Shown here: positions 27,872-42,416 of the stretch, in pieces
Layout: each line of letters opens with the position of its first letter
How positions within the stretch are numbered: the first letter of the stretch is position 1
Source of the DNA: Octopus vulgaris
Lineage: Eukaryota
Assembly: GCA_951406725.2 (NCBI GenBank)
Contig: OX597821.1
Location: 28,272,001-28,336,000, forward strand
Reading direction: 5' to 3'
DNA: 64,000 bases
The notes under the pieces: generated by a model
What the model was told of the DNA's origin: nothing
Databases searched by the model: none
The model's input: the letters and a program-made list of their open reading frames with translations, nothing else
Translations under genes and position numbers: made by a program

Positions 27872-28382
27872 TGTCATAAAATACTACAGTGTTGTATCTA
27901 ATTTCTTTCTTTAAATGGGACTAGAATGATAGCTAAAGATAAATAAGAGGCAGACAGAATGAAAATAATAGGCTACTGCGAGAGGATGGAATAAGGGGTA
28001 ACAGGGTATTATTGTCATGACGGATATTCTTCTTCCACACAGGACTACTTTCACGAATTAGCACATAATATTGATTCATACATATTTTATAGACATGCAT
28101 GTAAATTAATAGGTTTCTTAAAATTAGCTTAATTATTGGAGAAATGACTGAATCAATGTAATTCCCAGAACCAAATTACTAAGGTGTTATGCAAGTCATA
28201 GACAGATGAAAAGAGTAAATGCAAAATATTTAGGCTTTTGAAAACGGAAAAAGAACAAAGAGAAAAGAAATGAAAAGAAAGTTAGGATTATGTCCCCTTT
28301 GATCGCAAAGCCGTCATCATGATCATTATCATCATCATCATCGTCATCGGCATCCTCCTCCTCCTCATTATTATTATTATTA

Positions 28383-28445
<63 letters not shown>

Positions 28446-28862
28446 GGCGCAGGAGTGGCTGTGTGGTAAGTAGCTTGCTAACCAGCCACATGGTTCCGGG
28501 TTCAGTCCCACTGCGTGGCATCATGGGCAAGTGTCTTCTGCTATAGCCCCGGGCCGACCAATGCCTTGTGAGTGAATTTGGTAGACGGAAACTGAAAGAA
28601 GCCTGTCGTATATATGTATATATATGTATGGGTGTGTGTTTATATGTTTGTGTTTGTCCCCCTAGCATTGCTTGACAACCAATGCTGGTGTGTTTACGTC
28701 CCCGCCACTTAGCGGTTCGGCAAAAGAGACCGATAGAATAAGTACTGGGCTTACAAAGAATACGTCCCGGGGTCGATTTCCTCGACTAAAGGCGGTGCTC
28801 CAGCATGGCCGCAGTCAAATAACTGAAACAAGTAAAAGAGTAAAAGAGAGTAAAGAGAGAGT
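28446..28862 (+). mobile_element. tRNA-derived SINE, family A, full length
   Basis: Head GGCGCAGGAGTGGCTGTGTGGTAAG, B-box-like GGTTCAGTCCC, CORE-like TGGGCAAGT motif and (GTAAAAGA) tail. Inserted in (TTA)n; many copies in the window. Confidence 0.9.
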
Positions 28863-28891
28863 ATTATTATTATTATTATTATTATTATAAA

Positions 28892-28963
<72 letters not shown>

Positions 28964-29269
28964 CAGCAGCTGTGCAGCTATTAATGTTTTATGCTTCGTA
29001 TCATATCCCAGATCCATACCTGTTTCGTTAATATGCATTGTTGAAGGTGCGGTCAGGTTTCATATATTTTTAGTGCTACTATACCAATGGTGGAGGCTTT
29101 CATTTGATGTATATGTAATTTTCTTCCTATTGCTGCTTCGACTACGGATTTTGATATAACCCCAACCATTTTTCATAGACGTTTACTTATCAGCGACTAC
29201 CCATTCATGCAGACATAGACATGCATGCTCACACACAAGGCTACATATATGTGTGTGTGTTTGTGTGTA

Positions 29270-29334
<65 letters not shown>

Positions 29335-30319
29335 GTGCCTGAATGGGTTTGTGTGTGTGTCCTAAAAAGACAATAGTTAGTAAGTAGTTATAATTACCTT
29401 TTATCATATAATCTCTTAAGAGACTGAAAATGGCATCAAGTTCAAATGATATTTAAATCGCTCTGATGAAATATAACCATATGAGAAGTTGATTTCATAT
29501 ATGACAATATAAAGAATAAACATTTCCAAAACAACTTTAAAGACGGTGCTCCAGAATGGTCGCAGTCAAATGACTAAAACAAGTAAAAGAATATAAGAAT
29601 AAAATCGCATAAGAAATGTATTGTATGAGTCTAATGGGGAATTATCTTCTTATTTGCTACCTTATGTATGATGATTATAATAACTGTAGCAGCTGATAGG
29701 GATCGCAGTATCTATTCCATTTCAATTACAAATTCGACCATTTTACCTAGGTACTCTTTAAGGTCCTGAAATGATATAACCTTACAGTTACATTTTCTAG
29801 TTTTACAGATTATTCTATATACACTCCTGATGTGTTCCAAAAATAGTTATGTGTTTATGAAGTTATTGTTGTATTTATTGTTGTTGTTCCACAGAAATTA
29901 GTCATGAGAGTGCAGACATATACCCAAGATGTTCTTTCAAAAACCAAAATGCCTCCATATGCTTGACATAATGTGTGTTTGTTTCACTTTCTTAGCCACA
30001 ATTTTCGTACTATACAGCAGAAAATTTGCTAGGGCCCACATTTTTGCCAATAAGAATATAGTACACGATATAAATTCTTCAGAAATGTTTTTTTTATTGC
30101 TCTTAACATTAAAGAAGAAAATAAGTAAATAATAATATTGCTTATCCAGAAGCACTTCTATGATTCGTATTGGAGAATTGCACTGATTAGAAAACGAAAT
30201 ATTTACATTGGTTATAGAAACTGTTACATTATTGCGAAAGAAATATCATATTGTACCACAAAATAAAATTAATTTTAACGCAATGACAAAATATTACGAA
30301 ATACAGTTACTCAGGAGGA

Positions 30320-30920
30320 TTTGTGGAGTAACTTAGTATTTACTCGGTAGGGTCAATAGTTCGGACGTCAGCGAAACTATCCAGCTCGATCAGCTAATAC
30401 TCTAAATTGAGAAGTCACAGCTCCGCTATTACGGCCATGTGATTAGAACGTCGCAGAAAAAAAGTGTAAGGCGGAATGTTTTAGCTGAGCCAACCAGTGG
30501 GAGTCTTAGATATATAGCAACAAATGGATGGAAGGCGGCGAGCTGGCAGAAACGTTAGCACGCCGGGCGAAATGCGTAACAGTATTTCGTCTGCCGTTAC
30601 GTTCTGAGTTCAAACTCCACCGTGGTCGACTTTGCCTTTCATCCTTTCGGGGTCGATAAATTAAGTATCAGTTACGGACTGGGGTCGATGTAATCGACTT
30701 AATACTTATGTCTGTCCTTGTTTGTCCCCTCTATGTTTAGCCCCTTGTGGGTATTAAAGAAATAGGTTGGATTATTGTCCATAGCACTCAGTAGGTTTCG
30801 GTTTAGAATCCGGTCAGAAAGTCAACTGATGTTCCTTTCGGTAGTACCATATGGAGTAAGTGCCTGATTACTCTACTCCAACGATCCTCCCAGGAACAGT
30901 GCACGTTGAAAATGGATGAC
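30320..30920 (+). mobile_element. RTE-like LINE 3' remnant interrupted by a SINE
   Basis: Translation IEKSQLRYYGHVIR before the SINE; the element appears to resume after 30765. Confidence 0.55.
30533..30765 (+). mobile_element. tRNA-derived SINE, family B
   Basis: GGCGGCGAGCTGGCAGAAACGTTAG head, B-box GAGTTCAAACTC and Nin-like core. Confidence 0.9.
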
Positions 30921-31947
30921 TAGTTTAAGAGCAAAAAATACATTTTCGACTCTATATTTACTTTCTGTGCGTTTCCTGAATAGTTTTGGCTTATCAAAAC
31001 TGAATTTATCAGCTTTCCTGGATAAACTGGAAGTTATGAGTTTCTTCTGAAAGCAAAGCATGCAGAATGGTTTCATATCGCTATTCATAGTGAATTCATA
31101 TGATATTTGTTCTATATATTAAACTCATGCAAGGCCTGAGTTTAATATATAGACCTGGTACCATTGCTAGTTTTCGATATCAGTCACTATATTATTAATT
31201 GCCTTCTCCATTTTATTAAGACGATCGCATGTGATGTTCCTAAAATTTGGCTGAGATCGATTGCGTATTGGTTTCGTCATTGGCTCGCATGATATTAGAT
31301 TGAATAAAATGAGAAAAATTTTTCTATTTGCATATTGTTGCAACACTGATAACTTTATCAGTTGCAATGGTTTGGATATATTTCGTAAATAAGTATGTGT
31401 ATAAAAGTATAAGTATATGTATAAAAATATGAAATATCCCATGAAATATATACTATGACTTATGTATTATAGTTTTTTTTTTTACATAACTTCATGATTT
31501 TTTTCCTCTTATATTTCCAATTTTGCAATCATACATTCTTTTCTAATATATTACCACTTTTTGTATAACCAAACGTTATAATCTTATATTAATTTTTGTA
31601 AATATTTCATGTTTTAAGTGTGTTATATTTGCTGTTATATGTGTATATGTGTGCTTGAGCGAGAGAATACATATATGAACATATATACATCTATAGAAAA
31701 TCACATACACTTATTTTACGATGTAAGCAGAAATCCACATCTGCAAACACATTTGATATTCATGTGCGTGTATGTGTATGTCTAATAACAACAACATTCC
31801 TTTCAATGTATTCTCGTTATATTGTCTACTTATTTATTTCTTTTTCATATATTTAAAAAATATCGGTTCGTGTAAAAGAATATTGTAGCATTATAATTGA
31901 TTCTTTTGTTGAATATACGCTTGTTATTTAAATAATATAGTAATACA

Positions 31948-31948
<1 letters not shown>

Positions 31949-32013
<65 letters not shown>

Positions 32014-32051
32014 TAATAATAATAATAATAATAATAGTAATAATAATAATA

Positions 32052-32110
<59 letters not shown>

Positions 32111-32132
32111 CGTAATAATAATAATAATAATG

Positions 32133-32208
<76 letters not shown>

Positions 32209-32231
32209 TAATAATAATAATAATAATAATA
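31949..32231. repeat. (TAA)n microsatellite
   Basis: Directly visible in the sequence. Confidence 0.95.
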
Positions 32232-32329
32232 TCAACAGGATGAATAATAACACAAATAAAGCAGAAATTCTAAAGAAAAATAACAAGTATTCATAACAAA
32301 ACATAGAATCATTAATAAGAATGAATTCT

Positions 32330-32985
32330 TTATGTTCAAGATTCTTGTTCTTGTAAAAGGATCGTAAATAATTGATGAATTTCAATATTCAATATAATCA
32401 TAGACAATTCATAATATATTGAATATTTTAGTGCCACACCTCCACATAGCGATTGATGAATATAAAACATAAATTGTGAGGAAATTGATCCGGATGTAAG
32501 GTAAACCCTAAAAAGCCAAGTATTATAGCTTCAATTTGCACTTGAATGGCCGATATGAATTTGGAAATCAATCAAGCCAAAGAACGGGAATTCTAGTTGT
32601 CGCTTGTGCTATTCCACTTGGTTATATTGGCGTTATTGTTGAGGTTTTATTTTTATTTTTTGTTTGTCTTCATTCAGATTGGTTTGTGCTTTGTTTTTGC
32701 TTTTGTTGCTCATTATTCATGGTGCTTCTTGGTATTCTGCCAAGGAAACTATATATAAAACAATAAAGTAAAATAAAAACGAAAGCGAAACAAGAATTTA
32801 GAAAGCTGTGAATAACGATCTGTGATTATAAGAGGTGTGTATGGTTATACGATAGCGGAGAATCGGATAAGGAATGTATAAAATATCGGTAGCAATCACA
32901 CAAAGGAACCCAGTGGGCGCAAGCATGAACAACATATGCGAAAAGAAGCATAGACATTCATAAGCATGCAGCTTTGATAAATGGG
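32330..32985 (-). pseudogene. Possible decayed rhodopsin-class GPCR pseudogene
   Basis: Ordered fragments resembling TM3 (CLCFFSHMLF..FLCVIATD), TM5 (CFAFVFILLYCFIYSFL), TM6 (TTRI..SYRPF) and helix 8 (KFINYLRSF). No intact DRY or NPxxY motif. Confidence 0.3.
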
Positions 32986-32990
32986 TATGT

Positions 32991-33066
<76 letters not shown>

Positions 33067-33133
33067 ACATAAATATATGTGTGAGTGCGTGTTTGTATGT
33101 ATACATTGTATATATACATATATATATATATAT

Positions 33134-33185
<52 letters not shown>

Positions 33186-33259
33186 GTAGGTAGGTAAGTA
33201 GGTAGGTAGGTATGTAGGTAGATAGATAGATATGTTTGTATGTGTGTATGTATGTATAC

Positions 33260-33730
33260 ATGGGGACCTTAGGCATTCTTTCGTCACTTATTCTAACGAC
33301 ATGGCTAGCCCAGCGCGATGGCGGCTCATAAGGAAAACCTCGCTTCCACCGCCCTTATACTTACTAAACGGGTTGACATCAGAAACACTGTCTTTCAGAT
33401 TGTGCTGACACAGCTCACACAGCTATTAGCAAACACAGCTCACAACACCAATTAGCAAACAACCTCGGACCGAATAAAATGGAAATCGTCATGTCAAAAT
33501 GTTACAAGCCACTTTGTTTCAACGAGCAAAAACAGGCTTAGGGATGCAAAAGCAGCTGCAAATATATCGCCTGTACTGACCTGTCATCTTCATTTTTGCA
33601 GCATCTTCGGGGTATTTTGTAAATCGTTGGCGGGATTCAAATGTCACATTCGTCATAAACATAAGGATTGAGAAAGTAAGTGTTGATTGCCTGGTCCGCA
33701 CACGTTGAATCCGACAGGAGGGACTCCATA
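33260..33730 (+). mobile_element. RTE-like LINE 3' end remnant
   Basis: Translation DRIKWKSSC... and a terminal zinc-finger-like CSIFGVFCKSLAGFKCHIRHKH*. Confidence 0.55.
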
Positions 33731-33808
33731 ATTTATTTACCTACGCACAACATGCACATACACACACCCACACACTCATACACACACACCCACACACTCA
33801 TACACACA

Positions 33809-33879
<71 letters not shown>

Positions 33880-34379
33880 GGGTTAAGCAACTTGTTGTTT
33901 AACCACATACCGAAAATTTAGAAATAGCAGTCAAAACAGCTTATTCCTTTTTACAACAGATATTACTTCACAGATAACAATACTTGTAACTCACATAGGT
34001 AAAAGAAGAAAAATAATGAAATCAAACAGTCTTCGATTAATTATGGACGCGTTTCTGGGTTAGAATTATAAAAATTCATTCCCGCCATCAGCACAATATT
34101 TCGATAATTTGTAAATTTGAAAATGCTATGGACCGACCCTTTGCATCCCAATCCAGCACCATCGGGAAATAACAAAAGATAGGCAGAACATCCAAGTCTT
34201 TATAGACGAATGAATTCGTATTTTCCCTCCAAGATTAGCATGTGCGTCACAAGATAGTACCGCAGCAGAAAGAGAACTGCGGTTTGTTATACGGGAGTGA
34301 AAAATTCATTACAAATATAAGGGTAAATAATTATTAATTTAAAATTAATAAATTTTACCAAGTAGTTTCATTATGGGAA

Positions 34380-34900
34380 GAGAACCATTATCGGTAGGAA
34401 CTTTTACAAAAAGGTTTTTATATATATAAATATAATTAAGGGTTTGGATAAAGCTCTTTTAATTGAGTACTTTGAGAAATAAAAGTTAGGTTTGCTTTAG
34501 CAATGTTGAAGATATTCGGGTGACATGGGTTATGGTATGAATTCTTCCTATTTTTCTCTCCTTTGGGTTGTCCTCAGTTGTTGTATGGGTATATTTATAG
34601 CCCGATGTGTACCATTTTCTATCAGTAGTGACGAGTATTTTTGTTTAAGCAAAAATTGTTAGTCGTTTGTTCCTAATATTTGTATACACTTTTTTCTTTA
34701 CTCTTTTTTACTTGTTTCAGTCATTTGACTGCGACCATGCTGGAGCACCGCCTTTAGTCGAGCAAATCGAGCCCAGGACTTATTCTTGTAAGCCTAGTAC
34801 TTATTCTATCGGTCTCTTTTGCCGAACCGCTAAGTTACGGGGGCGTAAACACACCAGCATCGGTTGTGAAGCAATGTTGGGGGGGACAAACACAGACATA

Positions 34901-34988
<88 letters not shown>

Positions 34989-35610
34989 CACATATATACG
35001 ACGGGCTTCTTTCAGTTTCCGTCTACCAAATCCACTAACAAGGCTTTGGTCGGCCCGAGGCTATAGTAGAATACATTTACCCAAGGTGCCACGCAGTGGG
35101 ACTGAACCCGGAACCATGTGGTTTGTAAGCGGTACAAATTCTTCTGGCTAGGCAGTTTGGAATGTTGCTTTTTCCATGTGATGGATGGCATGACTTAAAA
35201 TGCTGGTATTAATGTGTGTCTATGTGTTTGTAGTATATATCTGAGGTATTAGTGTACTTTTTAATTTGCATTACATCTAGGAAAGGCAATTTGGTACTAC
35301 TCATCTCCTCTGTAAATTGGAGAAATGCGTGTAGGTTGTTCAGGAGAATATTGCACTCTTCCAGAGTATTTAGATATTCTCTCCAGATTATGAAACGATC
35401 TTCAAAGTATCTCTTCCATGCCTTTTCAATATAATTCCTAAATCCAGTACTATGGTTTTCCTCTACTTATTGGTGCAGTTGTTGTACTAACTATCCCATT
35501 ACAGAGTTCGTATAAACGAGAACAAGCCTCGTTCCCGTCGCCATGCCTTTAATTTGGATGTAATTCCTTTCATTGAAGAAGAATGAGTTGTTTGACAGAG
35601 TAAGTCTGGG
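34380..35610 (-). mobile_element. PLE reverse transcriptase remnant, interrupted by a family A SINE
   Basis: Translation YIQIKGMATGT, WKRYFEDRFIIW (decayed YxDD), LPFLDV, DIYYK, SCHP..NIPNCLARRICT; then KQKYSSLLIENG beyond the SINE. Confidence 0.8.
34689..35130 (-). mobile_element. SINE family A
   Basis: Reverse complement of 28446-28862. Confidence 0.9.
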
Positions 35611-35786
35611 ATATGTATGCATATATATATGTATCTATATTTGTGGAGAGAGAGAGAGAGAGAAAGGGTGTGTCTCTATATTTGTTTGAACGAGGGATTT
35701 AATGATGGGGATGGTAACAGTGGTGGTATTTCTAAATATAATGCAACTTAGCTTCTTTAGAGTATGCCAGCACTGTTTGATGACGA

Positions 35787-35818
<32 letters not shown>

Positions 35819-36887
35819 TGATGATGATGATGATGATGATGATGGCAACGATTGATGATGAGAAGTAGGATGCTATCGGTGATAGCAGTGATGATGATGA
35901 CGATGATGTTCATCGTGATGTTAATGATGCCGCTAAGGTTGACGGTGATTTATTGTGACAAAGTAATTAGGATGTATGTTTATAATGGCGATATGATGTA
36001 TTTATAACTGTGGGGCAACAGAAGAGGTATTGGCGATTAGGTAGGTAGGGTTGACGATGGTGAGGGTGTCGATGACGACGCTAATGCCGGAATGAGGGGC
36101 AATAAAATTTCATTATGTATACGAAAAGTAGAAGCAGATTATTAATAGACAACAAGCATAGTCATGAAGATGAAGACACATACACGCACATACGTATAAA
36201 CAGTAAAATGTACTTGTGTTTATGGAAGGAAAGAATAAACACCTATGTGTGTGTATGTGTGTGTAAATACGCATATTTCGTATGTATGTATGTATGTACA
36301 TATGTATATATATATGTATGTATGTACATGTGTATATGTATGCATAAATAAAAATAAAATAAATAAATAATATATATACATACACATATATATATATAAG
36401 GATGTATGTACGTATGTATATATGTATGTATCTATGTATATATGTAGGTGTTTATGTATGTATATACGCGAACAAGCACAAACGTAAATACACGACTATT
36501 ATATGCATAGGAACGTGATTACCATCCCTAGATATATCTATTTATTTAGCCATTGATCAAACTAGCTGTCTATACAACTATTTCTTAATCCAAGTAATGA
36601 TCTGCATCCGATAGCGGGCGAATATATTTTATACCTTTTACTTATCTCAGTCGTTGGACTACAACCATGCAAGGTTACTGCCTGGAAATAGTTCCATTCG
36701 AGCGAATCAGCACAGTATTTCCTTTTTAAGCGTGTATTTCTTTTTAAACCACCTGATATTTGTTTTATTTTTCTCTTACACCAATCCACTAAGAAAAAAA
36801 AGTACGATATGTGATTTGCTAATATATAAAACAAAAAATTGAATATAAATAATACGTATATAAAAGTAAAAATGTACATATATACAT

Positions 36888-37054
36888 TTACCAACCACAC
36901 GGTTCCGGGTTCAGTACCACTGCGTGGCACCTTGGGCAAGTGTCTTCTACTATAGCCTCGGGCCGACCAAAGCTTGTGAGTGGATTTGGTAGACGGAAAC
37001 TGAAAGAAGCCCGTCGTATATATGTATGTATATATATATCTATCTATCTATCTA

Positions 37055-37124
<70 letters not shown>

Positions 37125-37352
37125 TGTGTGTGTTTGTGTGTCTCTGTTTATCCCCCTAGCATTGCTTGACTACCGATGCTGGTGTGTTTATGTCCCCGTT
37201 ACTTAACGGTTTGGCAAAAAAGACCGATAGAATAAGTACTGGGCTTACAAAAGAATAAGTCCCGGGGTCGAGTTGCTCGATTAAAGGCAGTGCTCCAGCA
37301 TGGCCGCAGTCAAATGACTGAAACAAGTAAAAGAGTAAAAGAGTAGAGAGTA
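36888..37352 (+). mobile_element. SINE family A (5'-clipped)
   Basis: Homologous to 28446-28862. Confidence 0.9.
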
Positions 37353-37415
37353 TACATATATATACACATATATACACATACACACACACAAACATATATA
37401 TGTATACATATATAC

Positions 37416-37510
<95 letters not shown>

Positions 37511-37531
37511 TACACATATATACATATAAAT

Positions 37532-37572
<41 letters not shown>

Positions 37573-38179
37573 AATATATATATATATTTACGTATACATA
37601 CACACTCACATATATACATAAGGGTAGAAAATTTATAGAAATATCCTACCGGTGGCCAGCATGCGTATTAAAGTCAATAGACAACATATTTCTCATATAG
37701 ATTAATGTACGTATTTATACACAAAGAGGTGACATTTAACAGGACACCTTACATGCTGCAAAAGGCAGTTAAATTCGAAACCACGAATAATATTAATTTG
37801 AAAAAGAATGAAAAATATAAGTATTTCAATAGTTACCCTTATACTCGAGTTTCAGTATCAATGTGCAAAGAAATTAACTTGCCATCCGTACTTCTTCAGT
37901 AACGGTGCTCGAGGGAACAACCATTGTAAAATAATAAAGGAAAAGCATCACAATTGGCCATAGTGATTGCCTGCTTTTGATAAGAGACCTCGAAGTATGT
38001 AAAGAAGCTACACAAAGCATTATACGTAGTAGAAAGATTTTCACACAGCGATGAAATAGAAACAAAAGTAAAGAGAAAAATGAGTTTTAGTGGAAGAGCT
38101 GATTAAATGAGCAAATTTACTAGCAAGGGAACAATCAGCAAAGTCGATTCATTAATAAAAAGTCGAGCTCGAATATTTA

Positions 38180-39403
38180 TTAGGTTGTCAAGAAAGTTGT
38201 TGCGGAATTTTAAATTTTGGTTTTAAATTATGTATTTTCACGTTGATTTTCGTTAAATTACTTTGATTTTATATATCACTATAAAGCACGTTTTTCACTC
38301 TATCTAATTGTGTTAATGTTTTTCTTCTTGAATTATTAGGCCATTCTTTTTAGTTCAAGCTAGGCCGAAAAGCTACTGAAACAGCACGCGATATCAACGA
38401 TGCGTTTGGCCCAGGAACCACTAGTTAACGTACAGCGTAAAGGTGGTTCAAGAAATTTCGTAGCGGTGACGAGAGTCTTGAAGATGATAAGCGTAGTGGT
38501 CCGCCATCGGATGTTGACAACGTTCAATTAAGAGTCTTATTCGAAGCCAATCCACGCACAACTGTTCGAGAGCTTACTTCTGAATTAGACGTAACGTAGA
38601 CGACAATTTCCATCCACTTGAAAGAGATTGGGAAAGCAAAAATACAAGAGAAATGGATGCCGCACGAATTGAAATAAAACCAAAAATATCGCCTTTTTGA
38701 AGTGTCGTCTTCCCTTCTTTTACGCAACAAGAACAATCCGTTTCTCGACCGGATTGGGACTTGCGATGAAAAGTGGATTCTTTACAAAAACCAGCGACAC
38801 GCAGCTCAGTGGTTGGACGCCATCGAATCTCCACGGCACTTCCCGAAGCCAAAGTTTCACCAAAAGAAGATCATGGTGACTGTTTGGTGGTCTGCGACCG
38901 GTCGCTTCCATCACAGAATTTTGGATCCAAGCGAAAACCATTGCGGCAGGGAAGTACTGCCAGTAAATGCATAAGACTCTCCGACAACAACAGCCAGCAT
39001 TGGTCAATAGAAAAGGACCAATTCTTCTCCACGACAATGCTCGGCTGCACGTCGCACAGTTGACCGTACAGAAGCTGAACGAATTGGGCTACAGAACTCT
39101 GCCTCATCCGCCACACTCATCAAACCTCTCGCCTACCGACTATCACTTTTTCAAGCATCTCGACAACTTCCTGCGTGAGAAATGCTTCAAAAACCAAGAC
39201 GATGCCAAACACCCCTTCAACGACTTCATCGCCATGAGAATGCAGGATTTTTACGCTACTGGCATAAATAAACTTGTTTCGCCTTGGCAAAAGTGTGTTG
39301 ATTCTGATGGTGTTTATGTCGATTAATAATGTTTTGTTTGAGCCGAGATATGTGTATCTGAATTTAAAGGTTAGAAACCGCAAGAACTTTCTTGACAACC
39401 TAA
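38180..39403 (+). mobile_element. Full-length mariner (DD34D) transposon with pseudogenised transposase
   Basis: TIRs TTAGGTTGTCAAGAAAGTT / AACTTTCTTGACAACCTAA with TA on both sides. Motifs WMPHEL, TCDEKW, HDNARLH and SNLSPTDYHFF. Stops and frameshifts present. Confidence 0.95.
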
Positions 39404-40900
39404 TAAATGTAACACAACTGAAAATTAATAAAATGAAAGAAAGAGGTTTTTAGAATTATTAATGGAAAAACAAAAACCAAAATGCTAGAATCAAATGGTA
39501 GAAATCTAGAAGGGTCCCATTCCATCAGAACAAAATCTTTCAAAACTGAGTTTTGGTGAGATGCATATGAGGAAAAGTTGCAGATAGGATACTGAAGTCG
39601 ATCTTTTAAAAAATGGATAAAAATGTTGATAAACAAATTTACTTAAGCATAACAGTAGATACCCTCTGAAAACAAGCAAAAACGCGTTCCAGTTTTAACG
39701 CGCTTGAGCTAGACGGAGTGCATGGTTACTGGATTAAGAATAAGAAGTCATTCCGTGAGACGTTATCACACATGTTTGATGAGAACCACAAATCATATTG
39801 TCACGCTTTGTTAACTAACGATCTATGGGTGTAGGTAACGAAAAGCAAAATAAAAGAAAATGAAATAACCAACTCTACGCCTAAAATCCGTTTTGCAATT
39901 GTGTAGAGACTGCAGACAAACATAATCTCCGATGAAATTTAACAAGATTTGATCACCAAAAACACTGCAGCCTTAAGAACAGAAAGGTTACTAAAAAAAG
40001 AAAGCAGTGAAAGTGAATATCAGCACGACTGAGCAACAAAAATAACCTGAAATTACTAAATCATATAGGGAGTCCCTTTTACAGACTTTGTCGACTATAA
40101 AATGGCTCTCCAAATGATTCTGCATTTAAAATAGTCTACCCGACTCCCTCCTACCAGTAAGAGACCCAGATAAGTGATGATAAAGACGAATTCTGAAGAG
40201 GATGCTCTTATTGATCTATAATCACTCGAAACCAATATGGCCCATATATTGAGAACGGGAAAATCAGGGTATGAAATAGGGAAACGTGAAAACAACGTCA
40301 CCAACGTTATTTTTGAGTGTCCGAAATGATTTGGTATGTTTAAAACTTGACACAGTGACCAATGTCCAGTATGATCCAATGAATGAAATTAGGGAATAAT
40401 AATGTGATTTACTTGCCATGAAGCATGATACGTAGCTCGAGATAGTAGGAAATGATCTTTTTTCGTCAAAAAGTAAAACACTGACAAGGAGAGTAGGCAC
40501 ATGTATGTAGGACATGAAGGGGCCAATATCATAAACGAAGTAAAATAAAGGGCCAGCTGAATACATAATAAACAACGCTAAAATATAAAAATCTCCCATA
40601 AGCAGTGGATTAATTCTTCATGAAATAATGTGATGTTTTTATCATGAAGAGGATGGCTGCTTACAGAATGATCTGAGCATCGGGAGATGTCTTACAGTAT
40701 TTGTAATATGAGTTCAAATCCCATCGAGATAAACCTTGCTTTCATCCCTCAATGTATGAAATGCCGTGCCAGTGAAAAATAAAGATCAATCATTTCGACC
40801 ATACCCTCTCGTCAAAATGTCAGTCTATCTGCAAACGCTAGAATCAATTATTATTAATGGTTTGGCTGTTGTTGCGGCGGTGGTAGCGATAGTTTAAGTA

Positions 40901-41143
40901 CAGTAATCCCTCTCTACATCGCTGTTCCTCTATCGCGGTTCACCTACCGCGGTTTATCCTTTAAGCTTACACCGATTCCTCTGTGGTGTTGCTTTGCATC
41001 TACGATAAAATAAATATATGCAAATTATAAAAGATAATTAAAAAATATGTACAGTACTGCTTCTACTACGCGAACTTTCACCTATCGTCTGTGTATGTAG
41101 GGGGGGTCTGGAACGGAACACCCGCGATATTAGAGGGATTATG
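40901..41143. mobile_element. pogo/Tigger-like MITE
   Basis: Terminal inverted repeats TA|CAGTAATCCCTCT..ATCGC and GCGATATTAGAGGGATTATG. Confidence 0.7.
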
Positions 41144-41899
41144 GTGGTGGCGGTGGTAGTAAATATAATAATAAAGTAGGCTTCATTTTCTTTCAGACTC
41201 AGAGACAATAAATTAAGAGGCGAAACAACTACACACATCATGTAAATTAGCTTCGATTCCGTTGTTCTATTGATTGTATTATGTGAAATAAACAGATGTC
41301 ACGTATTAATCACTTCTACTTTGAGCTTTGATAGGGTATATTAAAATTCATAAAGCATAAATCTAATGAAATTCTAAAGAGAATGACGAACACGTTACAT
41401 GACAAATGATGTGACAAATTACATATCGGCAAGAATTGATGTGTAAATTGCTGACGTTTGTGGGCAGATAATTTCAATACAGATTATAAATGATGTTTTA
41501 ATTTAGTAGTACATATGATCTTGTACACTACCGTTTCTACTTGAGACATGATATTTATTTATATAGTCGACTTTTAGAAACGACTTTATCTACTCCTTTT
41601 ACAGCGTACGTATTGCTATAAAGAGTTGTAATTCATTTGAAGAGGGTTGAGAACACAGAAATGAACGCGAGATTAGAATATATGCCATGGGATTTTGTGC
41701 ACTGTAGCTTAGACAAGGGAAACAGCACGCTGACAGTTATAATAATTATTCAGTAGCCTTGTGTATGTGTGTGTGTGTATGTGTGTGTGTGTGCGTGCGT
41801 GCGTGTGTGTGTTTATAGTGTACTACCAAGTTTAGCCCCGTGTGCTTTGGGTATGAGCTGTGCTTTTCGTTCGCGTAGATGATGTTAGCTTTCCTATTT

Positions 41900-42070
41900 T
41901 ATCGTTTACTTTCTCCGTTCATTGGATTGCGGCCATGCTTGGATAACTCCTTATGGACAAATTGACCCCAAGATATTTTCATACCTAGCACTTATTCTTC
42001 CTGCCTCTTATACCAACCGCCAGGTTATGTGGACGTAAATAAATCAAGACCGGTTATCAAGCGCAGTGAT
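41900..42070 (-). mobile_element. SINE family A, old 3' fragment
   Basis: Degenerate match including gcggccatgct and gacgtaaa. Confidence 0.55.
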
Positions 42071-42208
42071 GGTCTACGGTCTATTTCGGTAGCTTCCTGT
42101 TCTTGAATTTCTGAAAAGATATTCTTTCTTCACGGCACTCTTTCCACTGGGCTTATTTACTTATTGTTAAAGCCTTTTAGTTTTTGTATTAATGTGTGTA
42201 CGTGTGCA

Positions 42209-42416
42209 GACACTTCGTCGACAGACAATTCGCCGACGTAATGTATCCAACCTCCATACATCATCATGGCGCATTTCACATGGTTGTATCTAAAATGTTA
42301 GATTTTTTACCCCTGCCTGTTTAACGTTTATCATTCTTCTCACTTTTTCTTGTCCTGTCTGTAAGTTGCCTGTCGGCCAATTGTCTGTCGGTTGACTGTC
42401 TGTCGACGAATTGTCC
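42209..42416. mobile_element. MITE-like element with 15-bp subterminal repeats
   Basis: gacacttcgtcgacagacaattcgccgac is inverted relative to tandem (ctgtcg..aattgt) units at 42350-42416. Confidence 0.6.

Noticed and set aside
40192-40242. CTGAAGA...GAAA-cca-ata-tgg hammerhead-like spacing
   Set aside because: There is no U at the NUH position and no stem I pairing.
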